Part shown: one piece after another, positions 14,001-28,277 of the stretch
How the letters are laid out: each line of letters begins with the position of its first letter
How positions within the stretch are numbered: position 1 is the stretch's first letter
NCBI RefSeq assembly: GCF_001194135.2
Contig: NC_068985.1
Coordinates: 101,133,793-101,191,476, forward strand
Direction of reading: 5' to 3'
Length of the DNA: 57,684 nt
Source of the DNA: Octopus bimaculoides
Taxonomy: Eukaryota
Program-made: the position numbers and the translations under genes
Notes under the pieces: model-generated
Told to the model about the DNA's origin: nothing
Database searches by the model: none
What the model saw: the letters and a program-made list of their open reading frames with translations, nothing else

Positions 14001-14956
14001 TTGATTGCTGTTATATAACTGGCGACGAATTTTTAGAAATTAGTTATTCAGAAGAATTTTGTTCTATTCGTTTATATTTTAGACATAACACTCATTAAAA
14101 TATAGAATTTTATGATATGGAATTAATTTCCGAATCACATCAAATACTTTCCCGTATTCGATTGTCATGAGAAATATGTTACTTGAAAATTTTATAATTT
14201 TTTCGGATATTAACATTAACCTTATATTATTGGTATTTAACCTATCATGTCATTCCAATCCGTCAGTTACATTATGTAATTGTGGGAAGTGCTATCGCAA
14301 TTTTCTTACAAGCGATGTATATTAGTCAATTATCCACAACCAATACACTTTTGAAAGTTAAGGCAAAACTCCCAATACACTTTTCTTTCCGACATTGCTG
14401 CACATGTTATACCTCGCTAGAAAGTGATCGAACACGTTCAGAAGAACATATGTGTTATGCTGCACAGGTATCATATCGACCTTCAGTTCCAATTAATTAA
14501 GATATTTGCATAAATAATTATGAAACTTTATACAATGAGATTTATAACGAAGGTTATAATTCTATATAAGCAACTCTATTAATTGAATGTAGAGAAATCA
14601 ATTTTGTCAGCGTATTTTTATATAAAGATTTGCAATGTGTGTACAAAATGTTTATGACGTGGATTGCATGAAGATCGGTATACAAGAAATATTGCGAAAT
14701 AATTTTCTCACAGAAATATAAAACTACCCTTTAAGTGTCATGAAACGAGTATGTCCAATGTTATATTTGGAAACGTATGGGAATGACATAGGAATTAGCG
14801 GTATCGGAGTATAGAGAATGTGTAGAGAAGTGAGTAGAACAATTTAGGTTTGCATTCAAAACTAGTGTATTATTTTATATATCCATTAATATTCTTTCTC
14901 TCCATCTCATTTTTTCTCTATCTTTATATATGTATATATATATATATATATATATA

Positions 14957-15290
14957 GGACCCCCTTCGGTTATGAATGTCCATGGGATTGCACCTGATAA
15001 GTTCCCCTTCGAGGCGCAACTCCGGGTAATGTTGTTTATGGAGGACCAGCAGTTGTCCATGCAAACTAGTCTCCCTTTCCACGCCACCGATGTTATCCAA
15101 AGGAAAGTCAAAGGCCATTATAGCTTGACAAATATAAAATCGCGTTTCATTTCTACAGCTGAGTGAACTGGAGCAACGTGAAACAAAATAGCTTGCACAA
15201 GAACACATGAGAATATCCGGTGCGAGAATCGAACTCACTACTACTTGATTGTGAGTTCGATACTCTAATCACTGAGCTATGCGCCTACAC
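14957..15290 (-). mobile_element. Near full-length tRNA-derived SINE (family D here)
   Basis: Minus strand begins GTGTAGGCGCATAGCTCAGTGATTAGAG. A box TAGCTCAGTGA at 15279-15269, B box GAGTTCGATTCTC at 15236-15224. A central TGTGTTCTTGTGCAAG..TTTCACGTTGCTCCAGTTCACTCAGCTGTAGAAATGA block follows, then a tail ending against a (TA)n run. No tRNA acceptor stem or CCA. Confidence 0.85.
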
Positions 15291-18200
15291 ACAGACAATT
15301 TTGATATTTAATATCATTGACAAATATCATATAATGGTGACGTATAAACAAAACATGGGCATTTCGACATGGGATCATTAATGTACTGAAAAATTGAAAT
15401 TAATACGAAAGCAGCAACACTTAAGTAAGTCTCTATTTGTTCCAGAAATCTATTCTTCGCATTGGAAATTTATGCCAGGACACACAAATTATATTATTCC
15501 AGGGGAATCAGATTTCGAAGTTTATGCACCATCACATAAATCATGTATGAAATCACACAGAAATAAAATACAAGATCACAGTGACACAAATAATTATGTA
15601 TGATGCAAAACATATGCATGGTAAGAAAGCGAATAGTTATAAGCACAGACTAAGAAAAGTGTAATACTGCATAGCATCCAGAATTAAAATTTATAGCAAA
15701 AGAATATTTACAAGTCATTTTCATTTGTAAATTCTAGTGTCTTTTAGCTGCACTATAACTGATTCTGCGCATAGAAGTCATGCATTTATATACATCCCAA
15801 TATTTTAACTATCACCTATATATATATATATATATATGCATATGTATATATATATATGTAGAGATAGAAGGGAGCGAGAATGAGAGATAGATTTGCATAT
15901 ATGCATGTGTATGTATGCATAGATGCATGTAGGTATGTATATGTATACAGATAACAGTTTAGTAATTTTATTTTCACAAGATAGTAGTATTTTGTATGTA
16001 AAAAGCAATGATGTATTGTTTCCTACTGAATGTTTCTCATTGACGACAAATTTAATATCACGTGCGTATATCCGAGCTTTACAATCGCTCTATACTGGTA
16101 AATCATCGTACTACTTCTGCAGTAATATGGTATATAATAGCAACACAACAATGGCAAATTCTCTCTGATTTGAAACGATCTAGTTGTATTACCTAAACTA
16201 TCTGACGTATTGGATAATCAATACATTTTGACGTTGTATATCAGATGATGAAGAACTGTACTTCCAAATAGGACTATAAATATTTCCTAAAGCGTTCATA
16301 GCGTACGAAGTATTACATTCATAAAGTACGTACGGATAATTCTTTTGGTATGCGACACGCGAGAACGATGCATAGATTCAACTCTATAATATAAGCGATG
16401 ACCATTGACGTGCGAATTCCTGATACTGCTACTCATTCTTTATCTACCATGAAGTAAGCACATCGATATTGTTTCTACATTTGCATTTACGGATGGGACA
16501 TATTGCATAATAACTCATCGTATCTCTCACAATATACCTACAAGATTTGGCACAAAATGGATGCAACACCAATGAAGCATAACAAAAATAATATGAAACG
16601 GTGCAAAACTGTTATCAATTTAGAGTTACTTAATAAACAATTCACAATTATAGTTTTACGACTGTGTGAATTGTATTCCCATGCATTAATAGATAACAAC
16701 CGCAAATTTATAAAACAACAAAAAATATATATGAATGCTGCAAACTGCAATCCTGAAGAAGATTGAAGAAATTGAAATTTTTGTCGAGTAAACGTTAGAA
16801 AATCAATTTCTATAATGACAGGAATATTGAAGGGGATATAGGAATTGCATTAGGGGATTTGTATGTATATAATCGCTCGGAGAATAAGAGGGCGGGGATC
16901 AAAAGAAGGGGACAAACAAATCATTCATATTATAGTTTTTCTTTATAATGCCCGGGTTTATGCGTACCTTACACATGTCAAAATTTCTTAGGTTTGACAA
17001 GAAATCAACGAACTTTTAATGCATTGCACTAGGAATGTTCCGTGAAATGAAATTATTGGGTGCACTCTAGCGGACTCACAATAACATCCTCTAACTCTCA
17101 CACTCTCTCACATCCCATAACATAATTGCATAAGCTGATTATTTCAATTTACCTTTACGTTATCTCCCATCAAGAATGTGTATAACATTACACACAGACA
17201 CATACACACACATACAAACACACACACATGTATATATATGGGTGTACATTTGTCTATATATCTATATATATCTACATATATGTGTATGTATATCTAAACA
17301 CATAAATATATATATATATATGTGTATGTGTAAATGTATCTGTATGTAGAAAAACATGTGTATATGAATGTTCTCATATATGTGTGTATATGTATATATT
17401 TTTACATACATGCATACAAACATACATACAAAGAAACATACATACATATATGCGATAATGTTGATAAATATCCTTAGCGGAGAAAAGGTTGAGAAAGACT
17501 GCCTGGCAATAATGGAACATGAGAAATCGATTAACTGTTCAGAACCGTTGAGAAGAATATTAGGGAAATGTATAATAAAAGGTTAGTTTTGCTCGAAAAT
17601 TGTATTTATTGGAAATGACATCGTTTCTACGTAACATTGCTTGCATAAAACTGAGAGCGTATTTGAAAATACTAGCCATCATAAACATCATTTGATGTGT
17701 TGCGAGAAACCTATTCGCCACCGACACAAAGTGATTCATATTTACACAATTTAAAATGATATATTAAAATTAAAAACGATACTTTGATGTAATAACAAAA
17801 CAAGCTACACTGTATTCGTATGAATTAAGGATAAAGCTTAGGATATATAATAAACAATCCAGGACACAGATAAAAATAAATGTGAATGATTTCAGTGGGA
17901 ATAAAACAGGTGCATTGTTTGTTAAGCACACACCAATAATTGAAGTATTTACAATTAGAGGATGGATACGATTTTTTTATATTTAAGTTTGTGTTTTTAT
18001 AATTATATTTGTAATTATAATCTGTTATGATAAGTACATAGAATGTCTAAGGAGTTGCGTCACCATATGTAAGAGTTAATATAATTTTATTGATTACGAA
18101 AAAGTAAGTTGAAGTATGTTCAAACATATGTATTTGTATACGTATATATGTATATATATATATATATATATNNNNNNNNNNNNNNNNNNNNNNNNNNNNN

Positions 18201-18315
18201 NNNNNNNNNNNNNNNNNNNNNNNNNNNNNNNNNNNNNNNNNNNNNNNNNNNNNNNNNNNNNNNNNNNNNNNNNNNNNNNNNNNNNNNNNNNNNNNNNNNN
18301 NNNNNNNNNNNNNNN

Positions 18316-18347
<32 letters not shown>

Positions 18348-19716
18348 ATGTATATATATGTGAGAGTGTATATATATATTCAATATATATAGACATATGT
18401 ATACACTATATACACACGCATATATATATATATGAATATACATACACACATGCATAAATATATACTTATATGCGTGTGTTTGTGTGCGTGGATGTGCGTG
18501 TGCATTTATCCATATGGATATACGGAGATAGGAAGAAAAAATGAGACAGTGATACAAAAAATAAATCACACAAACAGGGAGAAACGGACGGGAAAATTCT
18601 GAGTGAGATATATACGCATCGATAGATAAATGTATATATCCCTCAATAAACATTCCCATACAGCATTGATTCATACGTTACACAGTGTAACACAATCTGA
18701 TACACCAATTGTATATATTAAACTCATTTCTGGTGACTGTTATCTTCATATTGATTGCTGCTAGGGAGACCGTATTTCGTTATGCAAGTGTAATACGCTA
18801 TCCATAATATATAAGTTTATAAGTCAAACGTATGCCCTATTTAAATTTCGGAGCAATGCTTTTCTTGAAGGATAAATATCTCTACTGAATAAGGAGCCAG
18901 AGATACTGACAAATACATATCGACCCATTACCTATCCTTTTAATCTTTGAATCGCATTGTTTACGTAAAATCGTTACTTTCAGAGCTGACTCCACTTTCT
19001 ATAGAAAATCTGATGATATAAATTTAAATGAGTGACAATAAGTATTTTTTTTTCTTTCGAATTGTTGCCTTGATATTTGTTAGTTGTTAGAGATTCCTTA
19101 TCCTCAGTATATTTATCGTGAAAACTTTTAACCTATCAATTTTGTGCAATATATATATTTTGTATAATAACTCTTAATAGTTGACTGTTGGTGTAGGCTT
19201 AAATTTTAGTTTTCTTCTAGATTTTCGATTTCATTATTTTTGACAATATCCTAACATTAATCTTCTGTTGAACTTTTTCACAGAGAAGTGTCCTTCATTA
19301 CATTTTCCAATCACACTCGTCTTTGTTCCGATACATAAAAAAAATGAATTTCACATGGTTTAGTATCTGTTTAGGGGAAGACTATTCTTTGACAACAATG
19401 CATTGTATTCGTTGAGTTTGACGTGTTTGTGTTCTCGTTCAAGTATTTTAGAATATTGCTTGTCATTTTACATCGCATCTAAATATAAGGGGTACCTACA
19501 TATGTCTATTTGTGGATCGAAGTGTCTTATCGCCAGGTAGATCTTGAAAAATTATCTAATTCTGGTGTTTATGGTTCTCAAGAATTTTATTTGCACATAT
19601 TACGTGGCAATGGTTTCTGTTAGATAATATCTATTTTCAGTTCTCTTGTATTTATGTGAATTGAGATGTTGTCGTTTACTTAGTGTCAGCGAAGGATTCT
19701 TAACTAACGAATATGT

Positions 19717-19855
19717 TGTAAATTATGAAGACTTTAAAATGTCAAGAAATACATGGCATACACATCGATGAAACTTGTTTTCCTAGACGTATGTGTTACG
19801 CTCATCATGGTGTTTCCTTACATTTCTTGACAGTTTAAAGTCTTCATAATTTACA
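19717..19855. repeat. 34-bp inverted repeat with a 71-nt spacer
   Basis: 19717-19750 TGTAAATTATGAAGACTTTAAAATGTCAAGAAAT is the reverse complement of 19822-19855 at 33 of 34 positions. Confidence 0.92.
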
Positions 19856-20132
19856 GGTATTCGTCAGGTAAAACTTATTCTCGTTGCCACTCAATTTTGG
19901 ATATATTTATTTATTTTGAAATATCCCTAATCTATTTTCTCTCATTTACTCAGCTATGTTTGCAGTGGCCATTTGCAATATTTTATCTACAATATTCGGA
20001 ACGATATTTTCATGTTTACCTCTGAAACGATATATTTCACATACCTTCATAAAAATATCCAATTATCCGAGAGTTGCAATCATTATATAGAAATATATGA
20101 GTAAAACTACAGCTGATATTTTCAAATCTGTT

Positions 20133-20287
20133 AAGGCGGAAATCGAGCAGATTTGTTAGTATGTGAGGAAAAATTCTTCCACGTTGCATTCCATTTTTAA
20201 AGATAGACACAATAAGTACCAGTAGAGCAATGGGATCGATGTAACGAACTTAACTTATCCCTACCGCAAATTTCCTGGCCTGATGCA
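20133..20287 (+). mobile_element. Degenerate, internally deleted SINE (family A here)
   Basis: The head AAGGCGG..GCAGA..GTTAG and the tail AATAAGTACCAG..GGGATCGATGTAA..CTGGCCT match the reverse complement of 27282-27497. The middle is missing. Confidence 0.7.
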
Positions 20288-21606
20288 GGACGTTAAAGCA
20301 AGTATTATAAAATTTATTAAAAAATGTCAGCATATATCTACTGGAACTTGCATTCTAGAAATTTTGCTTCCAGATGTTCTGATTATTTTCCATGTGCACA
20401 TATTTTTATTTTTCCTTCCAATAATGCTTGTTTATCTAAATCGATCTGGTCATCTTTCAATATCCTAATAGGTTATGCCATATTTTCTGTTGTGTTTACT
20501 TATTCTAGTGTGAACGCAGTTTAACATAAATTTATACTTTCCGCGTTCAATCATATACCCGCATTGGTTCAGTATTAAGTTTTCAAGCTTGGATTCAATC
20601 TAAAATTCACGAAGGCTTAAGTTTAATATTGTAATTCACAATCCCTATATTGAAGTTTGAAAACGTGGTTCTAAAATGTTTAATAAAACGCAATTTCTGT
20701 AGAATTGATCAAATGTTTCTTACAAATTTTAATTAAATATATATCCACTTATATGTGTGTTTGCGCGTGTGCGTGTGTATGCGTGTGTGTGTAAGTCGGT
20801 ATGTGTATGTGTGTTTTGCGTGTGTAATGTGTGTATATATTGAGTATACTTTTAAGAAATGTTGTCACCCTTCTGAAACACACCATTCTTTTTGTCGTAT
20901 TATTTTAATAGTGATTAATTGTTAGTAGTGTATTTAATCAATCCTTTGTCTAGAATAGATTCATTCCGTGCCTTGAATATATGACTATGTCATACATTGT
21001 CTAATTGCTTTTCATGTTTTTTTTCTTTCTTTTGTTCCATTAATTTTATTTTTGCAGTTATATTGTCATCATTCTACTAGCAATTAACTCCATCATTATA
21101 TATACTATTGTGAATATGAACTATAGCGACCGTTCGATATTAATTGGGGAACACATAAATTATTCAATATATTCTCAATTTGTTGTACATAATTATAAGA
21201 AGGGCGAATAGTGTAAACAGCGAATGGTATCCATTTCATTTCATATTAACCAGGTCTACTTTACTTATACATCCATCTCTATACAGACATTTTCACATTT
21301 GTGTATATATGTATATATACATATACGTGTGTCTGTATGTGTAGGTAATTATGCATGTATATTTATTTATATAAACATATATGCATGCATGTTGCATATA
21401 GATATAAAGACGCAAATTACTATAACCGCTTGGCTAGACATATAAAATCTCTCTCTCTCTACATATATATATATATATATATANNNNNNNNNNNNNNNNN
21501 NNNNNNNNNNNNNNNNNNNNNNNNNNNNNNNNNNNNNNNNNNNNNNNNNNNNNNNNNNNNNNNNNNNNNNNNNNNNNNNNNNNNNNNNNNNNNNNNNNNN
21601 NNNNNN

Positions 21607-21638
<32 letters not shown>

Positions 21639-22539
21639 AAATAAGGGAGAATATGAGGATGCTTTCGCTAGGAACAATAATTGTTACGAATAATAAGATA
21701 AAGTAAACAAAAGAATATATTGCTACACTCAATCTATAATAGCTCGTCAGCTATGTAGAAAAATCACATCATCTATGATCTGTATACATCTTTCTTTAGC
21801 GTTCGTAAGCAATGCTTATTATGGACGTTATATCATTTATTCACAATGTTACCTTTAATATTTATTCTTAATTGAGCAAATGAAAAGTTCTCTCAGGTAG
21901 TGGAATGGAATTTTAACTTAACTTTGCTTGTCCGTTATATCTAGTGTTCAGATGACAACGAAATCAAAGTAGTAGTGCGCGACCTTGTTCGATAAATAGC
22001 GTATCTTACGGCTATAAATGGAAGATACACATCCTGTATAGCAATTAGGTTGACCAAAATACAAACAACTATACAATTCAACAGAAAGAAGATAGATTAT
22101 AAGATTTATCATAGGTAAAATAGTAACGTAAATAGTAATTTATGATACTTTTATATATTATATTTAAATTCAGCGCGGCATCAAAATGTCGCATTTCCTT
22201 CCACAGAATAATAACATCGAACTGGGTTTAGAGACTTTGGCTCCTGACTTATCTTCGGGATTTACTCCTGAAGCCTTTCACTTAAGTGGGTAATGTCATA
22301 AGGTAGCTAAGTTGTTATGCATCGCTGCTGTTTTAAAAGAGTAAGATATAATAAGTAGCATAACCAGTAACAACCTTTGCTTATTCGGATGGCTGTTGTC
22401 TCTTCAGAGTTCATCCCCTCTGTGACAGGCCTTGTATTTAATACTGCAGGGTGACCAAATACCATGGAAAACAGAAATACCCTCCTCACAGAGCAAGCTC
22501 TGTATTATTACTGATTTAGTCGCAGACGAGCCGACACAG

Positions 22540-22633
22540 AGAGAAAGAGGGAAAGAAAGAAATAAAGAAAGGAAAGGAGAAAGAAAGAAAGAACGAAAGA
22601 AAGAAAGAAAGAAAGAAAGAAAGAACGAAAGAA
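22540..22633. repeat. (GAAA)n tetranucleotide / purine tract
   Basis: Imperfect GAAA array seen directly. Confidence 0.9.
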
Positions 22634-23887
22634 AGGGGGAGTCCGTGAGACAGAGGTACGGAGTGAAGAGAGTAAACACGACGGATTTTTGAAAGTAGAT
22701 TTAGTTGTAGATGATGAGAGACTGAACTGAGACGAAGGGCAGAGTAGTAGTTCGCACAGCCAATTTGTAGGGGTGTTATTTTATGTTATTTACTTCATTT
22801 TTGGCTGTTGCCTAAGAACAAAACCTTGTGGCAGGTGACTACTCACACGAGCTCCTTGGTTCATATGGTGTTGATTTAGGCCTACCGGAAAAAAACAGGA
22901 GCAAGCTGGAAGTTATTGGTATCAAGATAGTGAGTTAGAAAACAAAAACAGCATGATTTCTTCAAGAAAGTCACGCCAAGGATGATTAGGAAAGATATGA
23001 AAACAATATATGAAGTGTTGTTAAAAACTAAAACACAATAACGAAATGGCTGAGGTCAAATAAATAGGCATAATAAGTATAAAGATTAATAAATTTATGA
23101 ATACTAATATAGGTTATATGAAAATTATAGCATTGAAAAAGAAATAAATAATTTCAATGGATGCCTTTATCGTGGAAAACAGTAAATATGGGCTTTAATA
23201 GCAACGCATACTCACATATTTACAGGAATGTTTGTACTCTATGGAAATAAACTAGTATATCTAAGTGTAATGACTGCAAGTGGGAGATATACAGTACAGT
23301 AGTAATTAATAATTCCTGGCTTTGTATGAATACCTTTTCAAAAAATCTACATTTTGCTAAACGTACGTATAATGTGTTGAGTCATTTAGTGTAATAACAA
23401 ATGCATCTTAAAAAGGAAGAACTTCGTAGACGTAGTTTTGTTTTCGTCTATTGCTAGTTCTATGGTTTCTATGATCACGATTTGAATGATATTTCACCAG
23501 TTATTAATAGACAAATGCAGATGCATTTGCTTTGCTTTGCTCGAGGCAATGTAGCATATTTCTGACAAATATCTTTCAAAGTATTTTTACAAAAGTGAAG
23601 ATATTTAAAATATTACTGTTTCAGATTTTGCTTTATACCTAAATTCTTGTCTTGTTTCCATTCTTCTATGCTTCAGAAGGAGTCAACTGCGTGTAGGATG
23701 ATACTAACCCTTCGAATTTTGACTTTCCGAATTATGTATTCCGTCTTGAATTATCGGAGGAACATTCGTTTTATTTTACAAATTATTTTTGACCAAAAAT
23801 TTTATTTATGCGAGTGTATATGTGTTTAGTTTTTGTAGTTGTTTTTATTGAGTAATAGATTAGAAATTGTGATGTATACAATGCCGG

Positions 23888-24705
23888 ATGTGTAGAGCGA
23901 ATCATGGTGAGTTCATTGGTGAAAATAGGATTAGTAACGTGGGTCTTGCTGATGGTGGAGTTATTCTTGTTGAGTTTTTCGATGATGGTGTCAAATGTGG
24001 TCTCCTTTATCTGAATGAGAAGGTGGAACCAATGGACCTTAGCGTGTCTTGGGACACGACGAAGATCCAGTCTTTCTTTCGTTTCAAAAATAATTTTGTC
24101 TTGTCTTTTTCTTTTGCAAGTAAGAATGTTGATGTCGACCGATTCACATATTTCGGCAGTGTGATCTATAGTACTATTAGGTGCAGAGTGCGGTGTCTTA
24201 GAAGGACTTGCTGGGATAGTTGTGGCGTTTCGTAACAAGAGTATTATGCACGGCCGATATCAAAGTAGAAGAGAAGGTTTCGGATGTTCATGAATCTGTT
24301 TCTCCTTATCTTGCAATATCGTTGCGAAATGTGTACAGTGTATGTCGCCTTTTGGGACATGAACTTCGTTGGTAAGCGGACACTCTGCAGGATTCTGTGT
24401 TTCCATCATCAGGATTTCGTATCCATGTAACACACATCCTATGAAATTGTTACTTCTACGACTCCACCTCATCCTCCTCATCCTTGTATATTAGTCGAGC
24501 CGAACGTTAGAGGTGGATCCTGCGTATTGTGTCTCCTCTTTAAGGATCCGGCTGGAGTGACGGCCGGGGTTAGTCGGCGACATTCCACTTGCTCCTGGAC
24601 AATTAACAAATGCCTCGCCGAGATGCTGACTGGCTGGGACACTTCTTCGGTGGTTGCTCCAGATAACCTTAGAAAATATTGTACAGGATTTCTTGCATTG
24701 AAATA
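23888..24705 (+). mobile_element. Decayed RTE-like LINE, 3' part of the reverse transcriptase
   Basis: ORF 23888-24235 gives ISNVGLADGGVI (degenerate FADD), LSVSWDTTKIQ and VDRFTYFGSVI. Later frames give FRMFMNLFLLILQYRCEMCT (cf. LVLPVLLYGCETWT), RTLCRILCFHHQDFVS and KDPAG. Multiple frameshifts and stops. Confidence 0.8.
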
Positions 24706-27281
24706 GATTTTCTTAAAATTATTCATTTACTGAGATCCAAGGATATGATTTCGGTACTGATTAACTTTAATTCAATAATGTAAATTATTTTCTTAAAGGT
24801 ATTATTTGCATATGTTATTTGATCAATTTTTTGAAAGTACAAGTATGTTTGTTTTATAATTATTTGATGTTAAACGTATCCTGATTTGTCGGATCTCATT
24901 GATCTTTATTGCATTAAGTTTGCCATATCATCATCAGTAAATTAAGATAGTAGACACGATAAATATTCAGTTTTATCTCTGAATTACTGTTTAAATGTGA
25001 ACGGTCACTTTTCCATAACGCATCAAAGCACCACATTCTCCCATTTTCTTTGAAATTGCTTAACGGTGGATGTGCATAGATAAACTATGATTCTAAAGCG
25101 TTTACTTTGATTAATTGATGCTTCTTTTGACTTCATATAAATATTCCAGAAACATTTTTTGGTAATGAAGGGATATTTCCTTACATAGACTTGCAGCTCT
25201 TTCCCAAATGCGACAGGAAGTAGCAGTTTCTTGATGCTTTCATTTTATTGGTGATATCATCATAAACATATCGTATATTTGGTACGAAGTGATTCCTTTT
25301 AAATAATATATTAGCGCTCGTAGAATCGCGCCTAGTACGTTCAATAAACTGTTAGTGGAGGGTGTATATAAAGAAGATCGTTGTCATTTAAGCAATAATA
25401 TTCCCATCACATTCAACGCAAAACAAATCTGTAGTGCTACCTAAATACCCAAAGTGAATCCCTGTATACTTGTTAGACAGAGCGACCTGAATTTAAGAAT
25501 TCTTTACCCATTGATATATGGCAAAACATATGTCAAGGAATTTTGCAAGGCATGGTAAATAGGAAACTTACAGAATTATCATCGTTAATATATTCTTTCC
25601 GCCTAAATATTTGACTTAACTTTCGATGATTAGTTACTTAGATTCATTCAGGTATTTCTGAGAGACAAATAGGGAATTACGTCGACATTTAAATATAATA
25701 TAATATATTGTTGATATTTGTCAGCAACTATATATATCAAGTACACAATTCATAAATTCTACAATAATGCAATACTCAAACTAAACTACGCTAATTATTT
25801 TCTCCTAAATAAAGTCTACATATATTCGTTACGTATGTATTTCCCATTGTCATTCGCATCTTATTGTCACCCTATTTCCGCTACAGATACAGTGATATGG
25901 AAGAAGTTTGTGAATGCGTATTTACATACGAAATACAGAATATAAGAATTTGCAGATATTACGTAATGTATAATATTAATATATAAAATAATGCAGATTG
26001 ATAAGCATTCATCTGTAAAGGCAATTACCTATTACGATGTAGATACATACCTCTGTACGTATGTAAATATCATGAAATATTTTTTCATGTACACCTTTAT
26101 TTGGAAAAATAATTATGAGCACACATACATACACTAACGAAACATGCCATCACTCAAAGGAATCGTTACACATACGCTAGAATACACACACTGGCACACA
26201 AACTCTATATATTCTTAAACGTTTTTATGTATGTATATATGTATATATGNNNNNNNNNNNNNNNNNNNNNNNNNNNNNNNNNNNNNNNNNNNNNNNNNNN
26301 NNNNNNNNNNNNNNNNNNNNNNNNNNNNNNNNNNNNNNNNNNNNNNNNNNNNNNNNNNNNNNNNNNNNNNNNNNNNNNNNNNNNNNNNNNNNNNNNNNNN
26401 NNNNNNNNNNNNNNNNNNNNNNNNNNNNNNNNNNNNNNNATATATATATATATAGTTATATTTATATATACACGTTCATAATATAGAGATAAATATGTGT
26501 GTGTGTGTTTGTATGTGTAAATGTATGTATGCATGTGGAACTGGTGTATATTGAGGCTAACGTTTCCCCTTCATATGAATTATGTTTAATCCCTTCCCTA
26601 TGCTTCTATTTACATACGCATACGGAATAATACGAGTGTTTAAGATTATGCATACTTTGAAATAAAATGTTGGATTATATGATTTCATTCTTTCTCATCA
26701 GTTCCTTCTTTTTGTTCTTTGGCTTTCTTTCTTTTTTTAGTTTTTTAATCTTTGATATTAAATCTTTCGAAAGACGGATTTTCGTAATCTTTCATTCCTA
26801 TTTTATTATATAACAAATTATAAAAATATCTCAAGATAGACATCTCACGTTTAGTTTCTGTATTATCCATACAGGTAAAATATTATATATAATAATACAG
26901 ACATCTTAAAGAATTATTTGTTTTTGTATTATTAAGCAAAACAATTGAATTTACATTTTGTATACTTAATTTAATCGTCTAAGAGAATTATATATATTAT
27001 AATAACACAGTTAGTAGGCTACGCACTCGATGATAGTACTTCAAGAATAATTCTACTGAATATTTCAAATAATTATTACTTTATTTATGTCAATCAATCG
27101 AATTCCTTCGAATAGTAAGTAGTATGTTAAGAATATGTACAGACAGAATGCTTGGTATCCTTACAGAAGGGTAGCGTTACTTACACTAACATATTTCAAG
27201 GATTGCTCTGTAATTCAAAACATAATATAAATCGTAATAAATTCACAGGTAATTTTATAAGGACGGTAACACACAACTTTG

Positions 27282-27497
27282 TTCTTTTCTACTCTAGGCA
27301 CAAGGCCCGAAGTTTTTGTGGAGGCGGCCAGTCGACAATATCGATCCGAGTAAGCAACTGGTGCTTAATTTATCGACCCCGAGAGGATGAAAGGTAAAGT
27401 CGACCTCAGCGGATTGTGAACTCAGAACGTAAAGACAGACGAAATACCACTCAGAATTTGGCCCTGCGTGCTAACGTTTCTGACAGATCGCTGCCTT
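27282..27497 (-). mobile_element. Full-length SINE (family A here), best-preserved copy
   Basis: Minus strand: AAGGCAGCGATCTGTCAGAAACGTTAGCAC..GTTCTGAGTTCACAATCCGCTGAGGTCGACTTTACCTTTCATCCTCTCGGGGTCGATAAATTAAGCACCAG..GGGCCTTGTGCCTAG, then an A/G-rich tail. It has a B-box-like element and four related copies in the window. Confidence 0.88.
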
Positions 27498-27542
27498 GAT
27501 TTAATAATTATAATGTGACGCTGAGAGTACGTGTAGACATGT

Positions 27543-27610
27543 AGCTTTCATTAAAACTCTCTTAACAGTGTTCACAAACCGCTCGGCCTTTTTACCTGGA
27601 GGGGTGTAGA
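27543..27610 (-). mobile_element. Short Gypsy/Ty3 integrase core fragment
   Basis: Reads YTPPGKKAERFVNTVKRVLMKA, matching the integrase motif HP.SNG.AERFV.T.KR.L. Confidence 0.6.
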
Positions 27611-27653
27611 GTTTCACTACACAACATCCATTTTAATTGTTTTTCAAATCTTC

Positions 27654-28191
27654 TCAAAATCTATTCTTCGTAGGTTCTACTTTTAAAACTTCATTGTTAT
27701 TCCTTTTCCTCTTACATGTGGTTTCGACTTCTTGTAATGTTGTTGGAACCTGAAAAATGTCATATAGCCAATCCATCGGTATTTCTACTTTTGTTGGTTC
27801 CCCTTCTATGAACCTTTTCGTAAGCTGATTTCTATGTCCCCTTTCCATTCCATTTCTGCTTCTTACACCATACATCATTCTTCCAATGTATGTTACAATT
27901 TCTCTTTCCTAGTATCGCTTCTCATTTTTGTATATTCTTGCATATACCCCTATCACCGAATCTAAAGGAGTTTTGCATGTCCTCCATAGCCGGTATATCT
28001 TTTTACTTTTACTGGTAACAGTTTATCGTCTCCTTACTTCATCGTTCTAGCAAACATAAATTCTCCTGTTGAGCTTCCTTCTGGCGCATTTCAGTTCGCT
28101 GTACTGTGCAAAGCCTTAAGAATTGTTGGATCATGACCTTGTCCGTGGTTTCCTTATTAACTTCCTTTAAAGATCTCTTAAAAGACACAAA
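27654..28191 (-). mobile_element. Decayed Gypsy/Ty3 LTR retrotransposon, integrase C-terminal region
   Basis: Stitched frames: FVSFKRSLKE..IQQFLR / NAPEGSSTGEFMFART..DKLLPVK / VYARIYKNEKRY*EREIVTYIGRMMYGV..RGHRNQLTKR..IPMDWLYDIFQVP. This matches the Gypsy pol tail (G.SPAELMF.R; IG.MMY.V....RH.NQL). Confidence 0.78.
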
Positions 28192-28233
28192 TATACAGAG
28201 ACACACGCACACACACACATAACATGTATGTAT

Positions 28234-28277
<44 letters not shown>

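Noticed and set aside
19230-19690. Possible ancient retroelement coding relic on the minus strand
   Set aside because: It could be read as either L1/Tx1-like RT or a PLE C-terminus, only with many stops and shifts. Neither reading is convincing without a profile search.
23783-24726. Minus-strand ORFs 23783-24238, 24260-24481 and 24478-24726
   Set aside because: They are antisense shadows of the plus-strand RTE-like fragment, which holds the recognisable motifs.
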